Of a stretch of 64,000 nt of DNA, positions 21,997 to 32,321 are shown in pieces. The notes beneath the pieces were generated by a model. It was not told the origin of the DNA. It ran no database searches and saw only the letters and a list, made by a program, of their open reading frames with translations. How positions within the stretch are numbered: the first letter of the stretch is position 1; every line of letters starts with the position of its first letter. Position numbers and translations under genes: made by a program. Origin of the DNA: Solirubrobacteraceae bacterium (GTDB lineage: Bacteria; Actinomycetota; Thermoleophilia; Solirubrobacterales; Solirubrobacteraceae); assembly GCA_036502205.1 (NCBI GenBank), contig DASXZA010000018.1, positions 74,758 through 138,757 of the forward strand, given 5' to 3'.

Positions 21997-23868
21997 ATGG
22001 CGACGGCTGCCACCGACCAGAACGATCCCGAGCTTGAGCAGGCGTCGTGGGACCTCGACCCGCTGCTCGACGGCGAGGGCGAGGCAGGTGTCGAGCGACG
22101 CCTCGACGAGGCGCTGAAGCGCTCGCAGGTCTTCGCCGAGCGCTATGCCGGACGGCTCGGCGAGCTCGATGGGGCGGCACTGGCGGAGGCGATGGGCGAG
22201 CTGGGGGAGATCTACGAACTGGTCGGTCGCGTCGGCACGTATGCGGGGCTGCGCTTCTCGACGGACACCGCCGACCCGGCGAACGGCGCCCTGTTGCAAA
22301 AGGTGCAGGAGCGCGAGACCGCGATCGAGACGACGCTGCTGTTCTTCGACCTGGAGTGGGCCGCGCTCCCCGAGGAGCGCGCCGAGGAGCTGTTGCGCGA
22401 GCCGGCGCTCGACTTCTGCCGCCACCACCTGCGCAACGTGCGTCGCTACCGCAAGCACCTGCTCAGCGAGCCCGAGGAGAAGATCCTCTCTGAGAAGAGC
22501 CTGACCGGCGCCGGTGCGTGGGCGCGGTTGTTCGAGGAGCTGACGTCGGCGCTCGAGGTCACCCTTCCGGGTACAGGCGAGCTGCCGGTACTCGACGGGT
22601 CGGGATCCGGCGACGGCGCCGCGGCGACCGAGCGGGTCGCGCTCGACGTCGCGCTGAGTCGCCTGGCGCTCGCGGACCGCGAGGTGCGCCGTACGGCGGC
22701 CGAGGCGGTGACGGCGGCGCTGGCGCCAGGTCTGCGGACGCGCGCGTTCGTGCTCAACACGCTGCTCGTCGACAAGAGCGTCGACGACCGCCTGCGGCGC
22801 TATCCGAACTGGCTGGCGGCGCGCAACCTCGCCAACGAGGCCAGCGACGAGTCGGTGCAGGCGCTCCTCGAGGCGGTGCGCGGCCGCTACGAGCTGGCGC
22901 GGCGCTGGTACCGGCTGAAGGCGCGGCTGTTGGGGATCGAGCGCCTGGCCGACTACGACCGGATGGCGGCGGTGACGCAGGACGAGGTGACCTACACCTA
23001 CGCGCAGGCGCGCGAGCTGGTGCTCGACTGCTACGGCGGCTTCTCCCCCGAGCTGGGTCAGCTCGCGGGACGCTTCTTCGCCGAGCGCTGGATCGACGCG
23101 CCCGTGCGTCCGGCCAAGCGCGGCGGCGCGTTCTGCGCGTCGGCGGTCCCAACGGCGCACCCGTACGTGCTGCTCAACTACACCTCGCGCCGACGCGACG
23201 TGCTGACGCTCGCGCACGAGCTCGGGCACGGCGTGCACTTCGCGCTGGCGGCGCGCCAGGGAGTCTTTCACCAGGGCACGCCGCTGACGCTCGCCGAGAC
23301 GGCGTCGGTGTTCGGCGAGACGGTCGTCTTCGGACGCCTGCTCGCGGAGGACTCGACACCTTCCTCGCGGTTGGCGCTGCTGGCGGAGAACCTCGAGGAC
23401 ACGATCGCGACGGTCTTCCGGCAGGTCGCGATGAACCGCTTCGAGGAGCTCGTGCACACCGGCCGGCGCGAGGACGGCGAGCTCTCGGTGGAGCGCATCG
23501 GCGAGCTGTGGGCGCAGAGCCAGACCGAGCTGCTCGGCGACTCGGTGGAGATCACCGAGGGCTACCGCAGCTGGTGGTCCTACGTGCCGCACTTCATCAA
23601 TACCCCCGGTTACGTCTACGCGTACGCCTACGGACAGCTGCTCGCGCTGGCGGTCTACGAGCGCTACGAAGAGCGCGGGGCCGAGTTCGTGCCGCGCTAC
23701 CTGGAGCTGCTCGCGGCGGGCGGCTCGCGCAGCCCCGAGGAGCTCGGTCAGATCGTCGATGTCGACCTTTCCGACCCCGGCTTCTGGGACGCGGGACTCG
23801 ATCTGGTCGAGCGCCAGCTCGAGGAAGCCGAAGCGGCCGCGCACGCGGTGGAGGGCGCCTCCGAATGA
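21997..23868 (+). CDS. pepF: M3B oligoendopeptidase F
   Basis: WDL, KRGGAFC, TLAHELGH, AETAS, PHF...YVYAY. Confidence 0.92.
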   Translation: MATAATDQNDPELEQASWDLDPLLDGEGEAGVERRLDEALKRSQVFAERYAGRLGELDGAALAEAMGELGEIYELVGRVGTYAGLRFSTDTADPANGALLQKVQERETAIETTLLFFDLEWAALPEERAEELLREPALDFCRHHLRNVRRYRKHLLSEPEEKILSEKSLTGAGAWARLFEELTSALEVTLPGTGELPVLDGSGSGDGAAATERVALDVALSRLALADREVRRTAAEAVTAALAPGLRTRAFVLNTLLVDKSVDDRLRRYPNWLAARNLANEASDESVQALLEAVRGRYELARRWYRLKARLLGIERLADYDRMAAVTQDEVTYTYAQARELVLDCYGGFSPELGQLAGRFFAERWIDAPVRPAKRGGAFCASAVPTAHPYVLLNYTSRRRDVLTLAHELGHGVHFALAARQGVFHQGTPLTLAETASVFGETVVFGRLLAEDSTPSSRLALLAENLEDTIATVFRQVAMNRFEELVHTGRREDGELSVERIGELWAQSQTELLGDSVEITEGYRSWWSYVPHFINTPGYVYAYAYGQLLALAVYERYEERGAEFVPRYLELLAAGGSRSPEELGQIVDVDLSDPGFWDAGLDLVERQLEEAEAAAHAVEGASE

Positions 23869-23940
23869 GGCGCCGCGCCGACTGACCGACCTGTCACAGG
23901 TTTACGGCCAACGCAAACCGCGTGGCTAACCCGAAACGCG

Positions 23941-26556
23941 CTACTTCTTCTTTTTCTTTTTCGGCTTCGCCTTTCGGACTGTGATGGTGAACGTATCGGT
24001 CGTCTTTCCGGCCGAGGTAACGGTCACGATCGCTGTTAGCTTGCCGAACTTTGCAAGCAGCGCTTGTCCGGTCGAGTTGAGCTTGAGTGTGAGCGGCTGC
24101 GTCGCGCCCGCCGCGAGCGTCACGCTGACGCCGCCGACGACGACCTGCTTGGTCGTGATACCCACTTTCTTCTTCTTGGCGCCCGCGATGATCGCCTTGA
24201 CCTTGCCGCCCTTGAGGTGCTCCTTGACCGTGGCCCGCAGGCTCAGCGACGCGCACGTCGCGCCGTCCGCCGGGCAGGAGACGGTCGCGGTGAGTTCCCC
24301 GTTGGCGCCGGAGATCGAGGCGACGGTGGCACTCGGGGCGGACGTCGACCCGGTCGAGCTTCCGCTGCCACCGGTTGTGGTGCCGCCGCCTGTGGTCCCG
24401 CCACCGGTGGTGCCTCCAGCAGTAGTCCCGCCCCCGCCCGTCGAGCCTTCACTTCCGGGCCCGAACACGTACGCGGCGCCGTAGTCTGCGGTGCTCGATG
24501 ACGCGTCATGTCGGGGCGCACCGGCGGCGATGGTGGTGCCGGAGACCGCGACCGATTCGCCCAGGCTGTCGCCGGTGGAACCGTCGCTGGCGGTCAGCTC
24601 GGCGGTGTCGGCGCTCGTGGTCACCCAGCCGCCGGAGGGTTCGGTCCAAACGTACGCTGCGCCTTGATCATCGTGTCCTTCGACTTGGCGAGCCCGCGCG
24701 CCGGTGACGATCGTGTCACCCGAGATCGCGACCGACCAGCCGAGTTCGTCGCCGGCCTGGCCGTCCGAGGGAGTCAGCGCCGCGGTCGGGGTCGCGTTCA
24801 CCCACGGGCCGGTCGTCGGCTTGGCGTACACGTACGCCACGCCCTGGCCGGGATTCGAGCCCGCTTCGTGGTTAGGTGCGCCGACGACGACGGTGTCGCC
24901 CGAGATCGCGACCGACCAACCCAAGTCCTCATCGGCTTTGGGGTCACTCGCCGTTAGCTCGGCGGTCTGGGTCGCGTTCGCCCACCCGCCGGCCGGCATC
25001 ACGAACACGTACGCCTCTCCCGGAGCGGCGTATCCGCCTCCTCCTTTCTGGTGATACGCGCCGACGACGATCGTGGCGCCCGAGACCCCGACCGACCAAC
25101 CGAAATACTCGTCGCCGTCGGGATTCGAAGGGTCGCTGGCGCTCAGCTCGGCGGTCTGGGTCCCACTCACCCACCCGCCCGGGGGCATCACGAACACGTA
25201 CGCCTCGCCATAGCTTGGGTACGTAGCGTCGTAGGGCGCACCGGCGACGATCGTGTTGCCCGAGATCGCGACCGACCAGCCGAGCTCGCCGCCGAGGGAG
25301 CTCTCGGTGGCTGGAGAGCCTGCGACGGTGAGCCGAGCGGTCGGGGTGCTGGTACTCGTCCAGTTTCCGGTGGTGGTGAACACATCGACCGTGCCCTGAC
25401 TGTTGACGCCGTTCCCGGCTATCTCGCTGCCCGCGGGCGCGCCGGCGACGATCGTGTCGCCGTCATTTGAGATCGCGACCGAGTAACCCAGCTCCACGTG
25501 GCCACCGAGGGACGAGTCCGTAAGCTCGGCGGTCTGAGTCGCGCTCGCCCAGCCGGCGGCCGGCACTTGAAACACGTATACAGCGCCGCTTTGTGCCTGC
25601 GAGCTCGCTGCGTGGTAGGGCGAGCCGACGACAACCGTGTTGCCCGAGGTCGCGACCGAGTAGCCGAGCCGGTCGCCGCAGTCTCCATCGCAGCCCACGC
25701 CGTCACTCGGGGTCAGCTCCGCCTGCTCCACGAATGGGTCGATCCGCACCGGATAGCGCGCGCCAGGATCGTTGACCCTCACGAGGACACGTCCGTCGTG
25801 CACCTGCAGCCAAGCGCGCAAACTGCGACCACGAGCATCGGTGGCCTGTAGGCCGGCGTAGCGCAAACCTCCCGGGAGCAGCACCGTCCCATGATCGAGC
25901 CGCACCTTCCCGGACACCGCGAGCGAAAGCACCAACGCTCCGGATCCCCCCGGACGTCGGGCGATATCAAACCCCTGCTCCAGCCCCAGCGGCCCGTTTG
26001 CCCACCACTCATGCACAGGACCACGCGCATAGGTGACCCGATCGGCGCTCGCTACCGGCGAGCTCGCTGCGAGCGGCCGAAGCGAGCTCGGGCGCCCGAA
26101 TGCCTTCAATGCCATCGCGAAGCGCGCGGAGCCCGCCGTGACCGCGACCCCTGAACGACCGAACCGCGCGAGGAGCCGCTGCGCCGGATTGCGCGCGACC
26201 AACCCGTGGAGCCGGTACGCCGCCTCGTCGCGCCCCAACGCAGCCGAAACCGGAGCCTGCGCCGCCGCCGGCAAGCTCAACAACCCCTCTCGCGAGATCG
26301 CGTGAGAGCTCGTGCCGGACGCGACCTTCCGGCTTCCTGAGCCCAGCAAGCCCGCGTGGAGCACCACACCGAGGATCAGACACGTCAGGGCCAGTGCGAG
26401 CGCGAGGACGGGTACGCGTCCGGGCGCCACGACCCTGTGAGTTGCTACCGCAGACCGCGCGGGTGCACCAAGAGTGGGGGACGGTTGCAAACGGCTATGC
26501 CAAGCGGTCATGAAGGCCCCTTCATCGTGAGTGGTTCTCGCGGTGAACATGAACAT
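23941..26556 (-). CDS. Secreted or membrane-anchored FG-GAP beta-propeller protein with Gly/Thr linker and Lys-rich C-terminal domain
   Basis: Hydrophobic N-terminal segment; repeated LGWSVAISGDTIVVGAP...GxAYVF units; start may be 26511 or later. Confidence 0.85.
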   Translation of the reverse strand: MFMFTARTTHDEGAFMTAWHSRLQPSPTLGAPARSAVATHRVVAPGRVPVLALALALTCLILGVVLHAGLLGSGSRKVASGTSSHAISREGLLSLPAAAQAPVSAALGRDEAAYRLHGLVARNPAQRLLARFGRSGVAVTAGSARFAMALKAFGRPSSLRPLAASSPVASADRVTYARGPVHEWWANGPLGLEQGFDIARRPGGSGALVLSLAVSGKVRLDHGTVLLPGGLRYAGLQATDARGRSLRAWLQVHDGRVLVRVNDPGARYPVRIDPFVEQAELTPSDGVGCDGDCGDRLGYSVATSGNTVVVGSPYHAASSQAQSGAVYVFQVPAAGWASATQTAELTDSSLGGHVELGYSVAISNDGDTIVAGAPAGSEIAGNGVNSQGTVDVFTTTGNWTSTSTPTARLTVAGSPATESSLGGELGWSVAISGNTIVAGAPYDATYPSYGEAYVFVMPPGGWVSGTQTAELSASDPSNPDGDEYFGWSVGVSGATIVVGAYHQKGGGGYAAPGEAYVFVMPAGGWANATQTAELTASDPKADEDLGWSVAISGDTVVVGAPNHEAGSNPGQGVAYVYAKPTTGPWVNATPTAALTPSDGQAGDELGWSVAISGDTIVTGARARQVEGHDDQGAAYVWTEPSGGWVTTSADTAELTASDGSTGDSLGESVAVSGTTIAAGAPRHDASSSTADYGAAYVFGPGSEGSTGGGGTTAGGTTGGGTTGGGTTTGGSGSSTGSTSAPSATVASISGANGELTATVSCPADGATCASLSLRATVKEHLKGGKVKAIIAGAKKKKVGITTKQVVVGGVSVTLAAGATQPLTLKLNSTGQALLAKFGKLTAIVTVTSAGKTTDTFTITVRKAKPKKKKKK

Positions 26557-26627
26557 GCACCGACTTCCAAGACCTGTGCAGTCGCACCCCCGTCCTGGCT
26601 GAGAGATCGTTGTTTATATTGGATCGC

Positions 26628-26692
26628 ATGCGTTTGCAGTCGTGGCACTTCTACGCATCGCTACGCATCGACAGACATACTTGACATGCGTA
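26628..26692. promoter_or_regulatory. Cluster of TACGCAT half-sites, candidate LuxR-type operator
   Basis: Perfect CTACGCATCG x2 at 26651-26670; inverted ATGCGT at 26628 and 26686. Confidence 0.5.
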
Positions 26693-27744
26693 TGCAGGGT
26701 CAGACGCTCACGGACACGCAGCTGCTGCTGGAGCTCGTCGGCGAGGCATACAGCTTCGAGGATCTCGCACAGTTCCGCTCGGGAGTGCTCGAGGTGCTCA
26801 ACCGCGTGGTGCCGTCAGACAGGGTGGCCTACAACGAGATCGGCCGCGGAGAAGGCTTCGCGGTGATGATCCCCGAATTCGACGCGAGCCTGATCCCGAT
26901 CTTCACGGCGCTCGCGCACGAAAACCCATTGATCAGCCGCTTCCACCGGACCGGCGACGGCCGTCCCTATCGGATCTCCGACATGATCGACCAGCAGACC
27001 TTCCACGCGACCGCCCTCTATCAGAAGTTCTACCGACAGATGGGGATCGAGAGTCAGGTCGCGTTCTCTCTCCCTTCCCCTCCGCAGCTGCTCGTGGGCC
27101 TCGCGTTGACACGGGAGCACGAGGACTTCTCAGACCGCGAGGTCCAGTTGCTGGCGCTCGCGCGTCCCCATCTCATGCAGGCCTATCGCAATGCCGAGCT
27201 GCGCGGCGCCCGCGCGGCGATGCTCGTCGCGCTCGAGGAGGGTCTGGACACGCTCGGGCGCCACGTCGTCGTGCTCGACTCCCACGGACAGGTGGAGTTC
27301 GCGACCGACGGCGCTCGGCGCCTGCTCGGAGACCCCTCGGCGCTGCGCCGGCAACTGCCGAGGGAGGTTCGCGCGTGGACCTCAGAGCACGGTTACCCGC
27401 GCGGAGCCGCCGAGCCGTTCGTGCTCCAGACGAGCGCTGGTGGCGTGCTCGTACGACTGCTGCCGAGCCGCCGCGAGGACCGGCGCGAGGTGCTGTTGTT
27501 GGAAGGCGGAGCGGGTCAGTTGAGTGTCGCGGCGCTACGCGGTCTCGGGCTCACGGCGCGGCAGGCCGACACACTGCGCTTCGTCGCGCTCGGCCAATCG
27601 CCGAGCGAAACGGCGGCTCAGATGGGCATTGCGCCGCGCACCGTGGACAAGCATCTCCAGCACATCTATGCAAAGCTCGGCGCTACCTCCCTCTCCCAAG
27701 CCGCCGCGACAGCGTGGGCGGCCGTCGGAGTCGAGCTGCCGTAA
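26692..27744 (+). CDS. LuxR-family regulator with N-terminal GAF-like sensor and C-terminal HTH
   Basis: HENPLI, DFSDREVQLL...RPHL, GLTARQAD...RTVDKHLQHIYAKLG. Confidence 0.88.
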   Translation: MQGQTLTDTQLLLELVGEAYSFEDLAQFRSGVLEVLNRVVPSDRVAYNEIGRGEGFAVMIPEFDASLIPIFTALAHENPLISRFHRTGDGRPYRISDMIDQQTFHATALYQKFYRQMGIESQVAFSLPSPPQLLVGLALTREHEDFSDREVQLLALARPHLMQAYRNAELRGARAAMLVALEEGLDTLGRHVVVLDSHGQVEFATDGARRLLGDPSALRRQLPREVRAWTSEHGYPRGAAEPFVLQTSAGGVLVRLLPSRREDRREVLLLEGGAGQLSVAALRGLGLTARQADTLRFVALGQSPSETAAQMGIAPRTVDKHLQHIYAKLGATSLSQAAATAWAAVGVELP

Positions 27745-27846
27745 AGCGCTCCGGTGTCAGGTCAACGGGAGCTGGGCGGAGGACGAAACGGCTAGAGCCG
27801 GCTCGTGTTGTTATCGAGGTGAGACGGCCGGGCCGATAGAGCCGAC

Positions 27847-28983
27847 ATGACCATCAGTGGCGCACTTCGCCTTGCCCGCCTCGCGCTGCCGTCACTCGCG
27901 GCGTGTCTGGCGATCGGGGCCGGCGCGCCCTCGCCGGCGGCGGCCACCGCGCCGCTCGCCCATGCCGCGCAGCCCTCCGACTATCTGCATCTCGCCGAAG
28001 CCGGCCTCAGGCAGAGCGCGAGCTGGCGCACGGGTGGCTGGTACTGCGAGTACCTGCGCTGCACAGGGGCCTACCCGCTGCTGACGGTGTGGGGCGACGT
28101 GCGGATGTTCGAGTCGGTCGACGCGATGGAGATCGCGGCGCCCTCGCGCATGCACCGTGCACGGGTCGACCGCTTCGCGCGCGCGTCCGAGCGTTACTGG
28201 AATCCGTACCTGAACGGCTACGCGCCCTATCCCGACGATCGCTTCCGCGGGGCGGAGGCGTGGTTCGACGACAACGGTTGGCTGGGGATCGCGTTCATGC
28301 AGGCCTACCGCGCGACCGGCGAGCGCCGCTACCTGCACGATGCGAGCCGCGCCTTCGACTTCGTCGCATCCCAGGGTTGGGATGCGACGGGCGGCGGCGG
28401 GATGTGGTGGAACACCGCCCACCCCTATCACTCTGGCGAGGCGCTGGCGGCGGACAGCCTGCTGGGGATGCTGCTCTACGGCATCGACCACCAGCACTAC
28501 CAGCTCGAGCAGGCGCAGAAGTTCATCGATTGGGGCAACAGCCATGACATCGGCTTCCACGGTCTCTACCTCAGCGGCGGCCCCGGCAGCACCGTGATCG
28601 ATTACATCGAGGCGCCGCTGATCTACGCGCAGTACCTGCTCTGTCAGGCGACCGGCGATCAGGAATACTGCAGCCACGCGGCGGCGCAGGCGAAGTCGAT
28701 GACCGAGATCTACGGCGTCGAGTACAACTTCGCGCCGCTATACGACTCGATCTTCTTCGAGTGGATGATGGCCTACGGGAAGGCCGTCGGGGACAACCAT
28801 TGGCTGGAACTGGCCGCGACGAATGCGCAGGCGGCGTCGCAGCATGCCGCGGTCGGGCACGGGTTATGGCTAGGGAGCTGGTGGGGTGGGCCGATCAAGG
28901 ATTCGCAGACGCTGCCCGGGATGTTCCGGACGATGGCCGGGACGACCAGCTTGTTTGCTTGGCTGGCTTGTTACTCGGGGTAG
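27847..28983 (+). CDS. Secreted glycoside hydrolase family 76-like protein
   Basis: Signal peptide; WFDDNGW di-Asp motif, GGGMWW. Confidence 0.8.
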   Translation: MTISGALRLARLALPSLAACLAIGAGAPSPAAATAPLAHAAQPSDYLHLAEAGLRQSASWRTGGWYCEYLRCTGAYPLLTVWGDVRMFESVDAMEIAAPSRMHRARVDRFARASERYWNPYLNGYAPYPDDRFRGAEAWFDDNGWLGIAFMQAYRATGERRYLHDASRAFDFVASQGWDATGGGGMWWNTAHPYHSGEALAADSLLGMLLYGIDHQHYQLEQAQKFIDWGNSHDIGFHGLYLSGGPGSTVIDYIEAPLIYAQYLLCQATGDQEYCSHAAAQAKSMTEIYGVEYNFAPLYDSIFFEWMMAYGKAVGDNHWLELAATNAQAASQHAAVGHGLWLGSWWGGPIKDSQTLPGMFRTMAGTTSLFAWLACYSG

Positions 28984-29027
28984 AGCGTCGCGTGTGGCTC
29001 TGAGCGGGTCGTTAGTTGCGCGTATAG

Positions 29028-30302
29028 CTAATTCGCTTGGAGCTCCTCGTTGAGGATCTGCACGACGCTGCGGACACGCGCCGGTAGGCCGTGCCCATCG
29101 ACGCGCACGTCCAACGTATAGATGACAAAGCCGAACCCCGCCGCATTCAGACCTACGACGAGCAGTGGGCCTCCAACATGAACCGCGAGCGTGCTGATGA
29201 ACGGCGCTGCCCAAGACAGCCAATCCGCGGTCTTGCCAGTCCATTTCATCTCGTTCCGATAAGCGTCTGTGAGCTCTTCCAACGCGTCGCGGATGTCTCC
29301 CACGCGCTGGTCGTCGAGGGCTTCGGCCGGTGCGATGACCGATTCGGCCGCTTGGCCAGCGTCCTCGCATCTCACGAGCCACCTGAGCATGTCGCCAAAG
29401 GGACCTACGAGTCTTCCTTCGGCGAAGTCTTCCGCCTTGTCTCGGGCAACGCCTTCGCTGATGGTGACAGCCCGACCGACGAGCTGGTCGGGTTGCGCTG
29501 CGCCGGTCTTGAACAGCTTTTGAAATCCAGAGGCGAGCAGGCGCACCAGCCGGCGCTTGATCACACCCACGCGCTCGGCAAGCGTGTGCAGCCGCTGCAA
29601 TGGTTCCACCATCGCCGTTGCGTGAAAGCCCCCGGCTATGCCCGAGAACAAGCCCGTTGCGAATTTGAGCCCCGGCTCGGCTGCATCGTCGATCAATTTG
29701 GTGAGACTCTGTCGTGCGGCCGCAATCAACTCATCATGTGCCAGGTCGATGGCGCCGCCAGCGATGGACACCGAGCCGCCGCTTTCGGCCTCAGTCTCAC
29801 CAGTCTCAGGGTCCCCAAAGTCGAGCGGCGCCGCCGAAGCGCTCGGACGCGTCGGGGCTATCGGCGTCGAGCCGGAATCTCGAGGTGCCCCGTCGTCATC
29901 GCCAAATAGCTGGTCCGCTTCTTTTAGGAGTGCGAGAGCGGATTGCGGGGGGCTATGAGCTCCCTCAACTATGAAGATCGGGTCCGCCGCTGGAGGATCT
30001 GGGCAGATGCGCAATGCCTCACATGCGACGGCTACGTCAACCGCGCCGGCGGCTAGCAGGCGGAGCGCGATGAGGTCGTAATCGGAGGAGCCCTGGGAAA
30101 GCCGCAGCTGCGCCTCTCCGATCTCCGTCACGAGCTGTGAACGCTCGACAATGTGCTGCAGTGCGCGATCCGCCGCGGCTACCTCCCGGTCCGGGAGCAA
30201 TTCCCGATCATCGTCGAGTGCGGGCTGTGCGATCTCGCGGTAGTAGTGGATGACCGCGTCGCGGTAGTCGCCCCAGGCATCGATCAGAAGATCTGTAGCC
30301 AT
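29028..30302 (-). CDS. Hypothetical alpha-helical protein with C-terminal hydrophobic hairpin
   Basis: 424-aa ORF of natural composition filling the gap between two genes; more A/T-ending codons than neighbours. Confidence 0.7.
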   Translation of the reverse strand: MATDLLIDAWGDYRDAVIHYYREIAQPALDDDRELLPDREVAAADRALQHIVERSQLVTEIGEAQLRLSQGSSDYDLIALRLLAAGAVDVAVACEALRICPDPPAADPIFIVEGAHSPPQSALALLKEADQLFGDDDGAPRDSGSTPIAPTRPSASAAPLDFGDPETGETEAESGGSVSIAGGAIDLAHDELIAAARQSLTKLIDDAAEPGLKFATGLFSGIAGGFHATAMVEPLQRLHTLAERVGVIKRRLVRLLASGFQKLFKTGAAQPDQLVGRAVTISEGVARDKAEDFAEGRLVGPFGDMLRWLVRCEDAGQAAESVIAPAEALDDQRVGDIRDALEELTDAYRNEMKWTGKTADWLSWAAPFISTLAVHVGGPLLVVGLNAAGFGFVIYTLDVRVDGHGLPARVRSVVQILNEELQAN

Positions 30303-30431
30303 ATTCGAATCGTACAGGCCTTACAACTTCATATTGAGATCGAGTAACGGCTGATTCACATCGGCGACGATCGCGTTGACTGCGCAGTAGACCATCGGCG
30401 ATGGCGCTGCCGAGGTCTCGATCGCTGACGC

Positions 30432-31703
30432 TTAACTCGTGGACTGGCTGGTCGGCGCCCAGCTCGCGCTCCCGAGCGCCTCGATCGCATCCGCCGCCGC
30501 CACCGCCCCGCCGGCCTGCGCGAAGGCGCGGCTCATGCGCTGCGCTCCCGCGCGAAGCGTCATCGCGGTGCGCACCGCGTCGAGCAGCCGTTCGGGGTTC
30601 AGCCGCCGGGGCGAGAGCCGCACGCCCGCCTGCGCGAACTCGACGCGGCTCGCCGTGTCGAGCTGATCGCGCCCACAGGGCACCACGACCACCGGCACCT
30701 CCGCGGCGAGCGCCTTCTGGGTGATGCCCATGCCGCCGTGGCAGACCACGCACACCGCGCGCTCGAGGATCGCTTCGTGGGAGGCAAAGCGCACCACCCG
30801 GCTTCCCGGTGGCGCCTTGAAGGCAGCGGGGTCGTGCGCCGCGCTCGTGCCGATTACCGACATGCCGGCCGGCGGCAGCGCTTCCAGCGCGACGTGCAGC
30901 AGGCGTTTGTCGCGCTGGCGCTCGGTCGAGCACGTCACCAGTACGAGGGGATCCGACAGTTCCTCCAGCCATGTCTCGGGCGAGCGCGCCGGCTCGGACT
31001 CCGTGGGGGACGGCGCCCAGTTCATGGGACCCACCATGCGCACGTTCGCCGGCCAATCGCTCCGCGGATACTCGAAGCCCTCGGCCGTCAGCGCCAGCAT
31101 CAGCGGCGGGCGTTCGAGCACCTCGCTGTAGTGGTCGAGCTTTGGCAATGCATAGCGACGGCGCAGCAAGTTGATCGTTGGCATCACAGCGCGGTCGAAG
31201 CCGATGCTCGTCACGCCGCCGACGAGCGCGTCGCGGAGCCTGCCGAGCGGGCCGCCCAGCGGGCGCAGCCCCAGCCCGAACGGCGGTGCGTCGCGCGAGC
31301 GCAGCGGCAGCAGGTACGGCGAGTACATCGCCCACGGCAGCCCCGATGCCTCCGCAACCGTCGCGGCACCCCAGCAGTTGACGTCGATCACCAGCGCGTC
31401 CGGTGCGGCGCGCTCAATCGCGCGCTCGAGGTCCGGCGCCTCCCCGGGCGTACGCCGCGCGAAGGTTTTCAATACCGACAGTCCCGCCGTCGCGGGCGAG
31501 CGCGTTTGCCAATCTTCGATCTGGATGCGCGCGATCGCGGCATCGATCGGCCATCCCTCGATGCCGAGTCGCGCCATGTGCTCGAGCTCGCCCGACAGGG
31601 CAACCACCGAAGCTTGATGGCCACGCGCAGTCAGCTCCGCCAGGAGCGGCACGATTGGATACAGATGCCCCCGCGCGGGGGAGGTATATGTAAGTACCTT
31701 CAC
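30432..31703 (-). CDS. Family 1 (UDP-dependent, MGT-like) glycosyltransferase
   Basis: ARGHLYP N-terminus; SHEAIL...VCHGGMG...P...DQ C-terminal box. Confidence 0.9.
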   Translation of the reverse strand: MKVLTYTSPARGHLYPIVPLLAELTARGHQASVVALSGELEHMARLGIEGWPIDAAIARIQIEDWQTRSPATAGLSVLKTFARRTPGEAPDLERAIERAAPDALVIDVNCWGAATVAEASGLPWAMYSPYLLPLRSRDAPPFGLGLRPLGGPLGRLRDALVGGVTSIGFDRAVMPTINLLRRRYALPKLDHYSEVLERPPLMLALTAEGFEYPRSDWPANVRMVGPMNWAPSPTESEPARSPETWLEELSDPLVLVTCSTERQRDKRLLHVALEALPPAGMSVIGTSAAHDPAAFKAPPGSRVVRFASHEAILERAVCVVCHGGMGITQKALAAEVPVVVVPCGRDQLDTASRVEFAQAGVRLSPRRLNPERLLDAVRTAMTLRAGAQRMSRAFAQAGGAVAAADAIEALGSASWAPTSQSTS

Positions 31704-31713
31704 GCCGCGCCGC

Positions 31714-32319
31714 TCACTCCGTCGCGGTGAGGACCGCTTGGATGGCGCTCGTCAGGGTTGCGTGTACCTCGGCGCGCTCGAGGCCGAGATCGTGCACGAG
31801 CACTTGCCAGGCACGCACGTCGCAGAGTGCGATCAACGTCGCCCGCAGCCGCGCGCGCGCCGGCTCCTGCAGGTCCTCGAGCCATGGGTCGAATACGTAT
31901 CCCACCCAGTCGTAGTGCACCTGGCGCGCCATGCGCGAGAGCTGCGCGAGTAGCGCCGGTCCGTCCTGCCAGGCGCCGATGCGTAGCGCGCGCTCGCCCC
32001 ACTCCTCGTAATGATCGAGCAGGTTCTCGACTGCATCCTCGATGCTTCCCGCCGGCACGCTCCAGCGCTGATCGAAGATCTGCGCGCCACTGCGCACGAT
32101 CGCCTGCAGGAGCAGGCCGTCCTTCGATCCGAAGTGACGCAGCAGCGTCTGCTTGGTCACACCCGCCTTTGCCGAGAGCTTCTCCAACGAGGTCTTCTGC
32201 CAGCGGTCACCGAAGAATTCCTCCATCGCGGCGGCCAGCAACGCGTCGCGTGTGCGCTCCTGCGCTTGTGCTCGCGCGACCTGCTTGTATGAACGCTGCT
32301 CGATCTCGTCCACGCTCAC
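31714..32319 (-). CDS. TetR/AcrR-family regulator
   Basis: RTRDALLAAA...AGVTKQTLLRHFGSKDGL. Confidence 0.9.
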   Translation of the reverse strand: MSVDEIEQRSYKQVARAQAQERTRDALLAAAMEEFFGDRWQKTSLEKLSAKAGVTKQTLLRHFGSKDGLLLQAIVRSGAQIFDQRWSVPAGSIEDAVENLLDHYEEWGERALRIGAWQDGPALLAQLSRMARQVHYDWVGYVFDPWLEDLQEPARARLRATLIALCDVRAWQVLVHDLGLERAEVHATLTSAIQAVLTATE

Positions 32320-32321
32320 GA

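Noticed and set aside
19062-23885. Long ORFs 19062-20750 (-), 21727-23844 (-), 22518-23885 (+)
   Set aside because: Shadow frames of the FtsX permease and pepF with Arg/Ala-rich, motif-free translations
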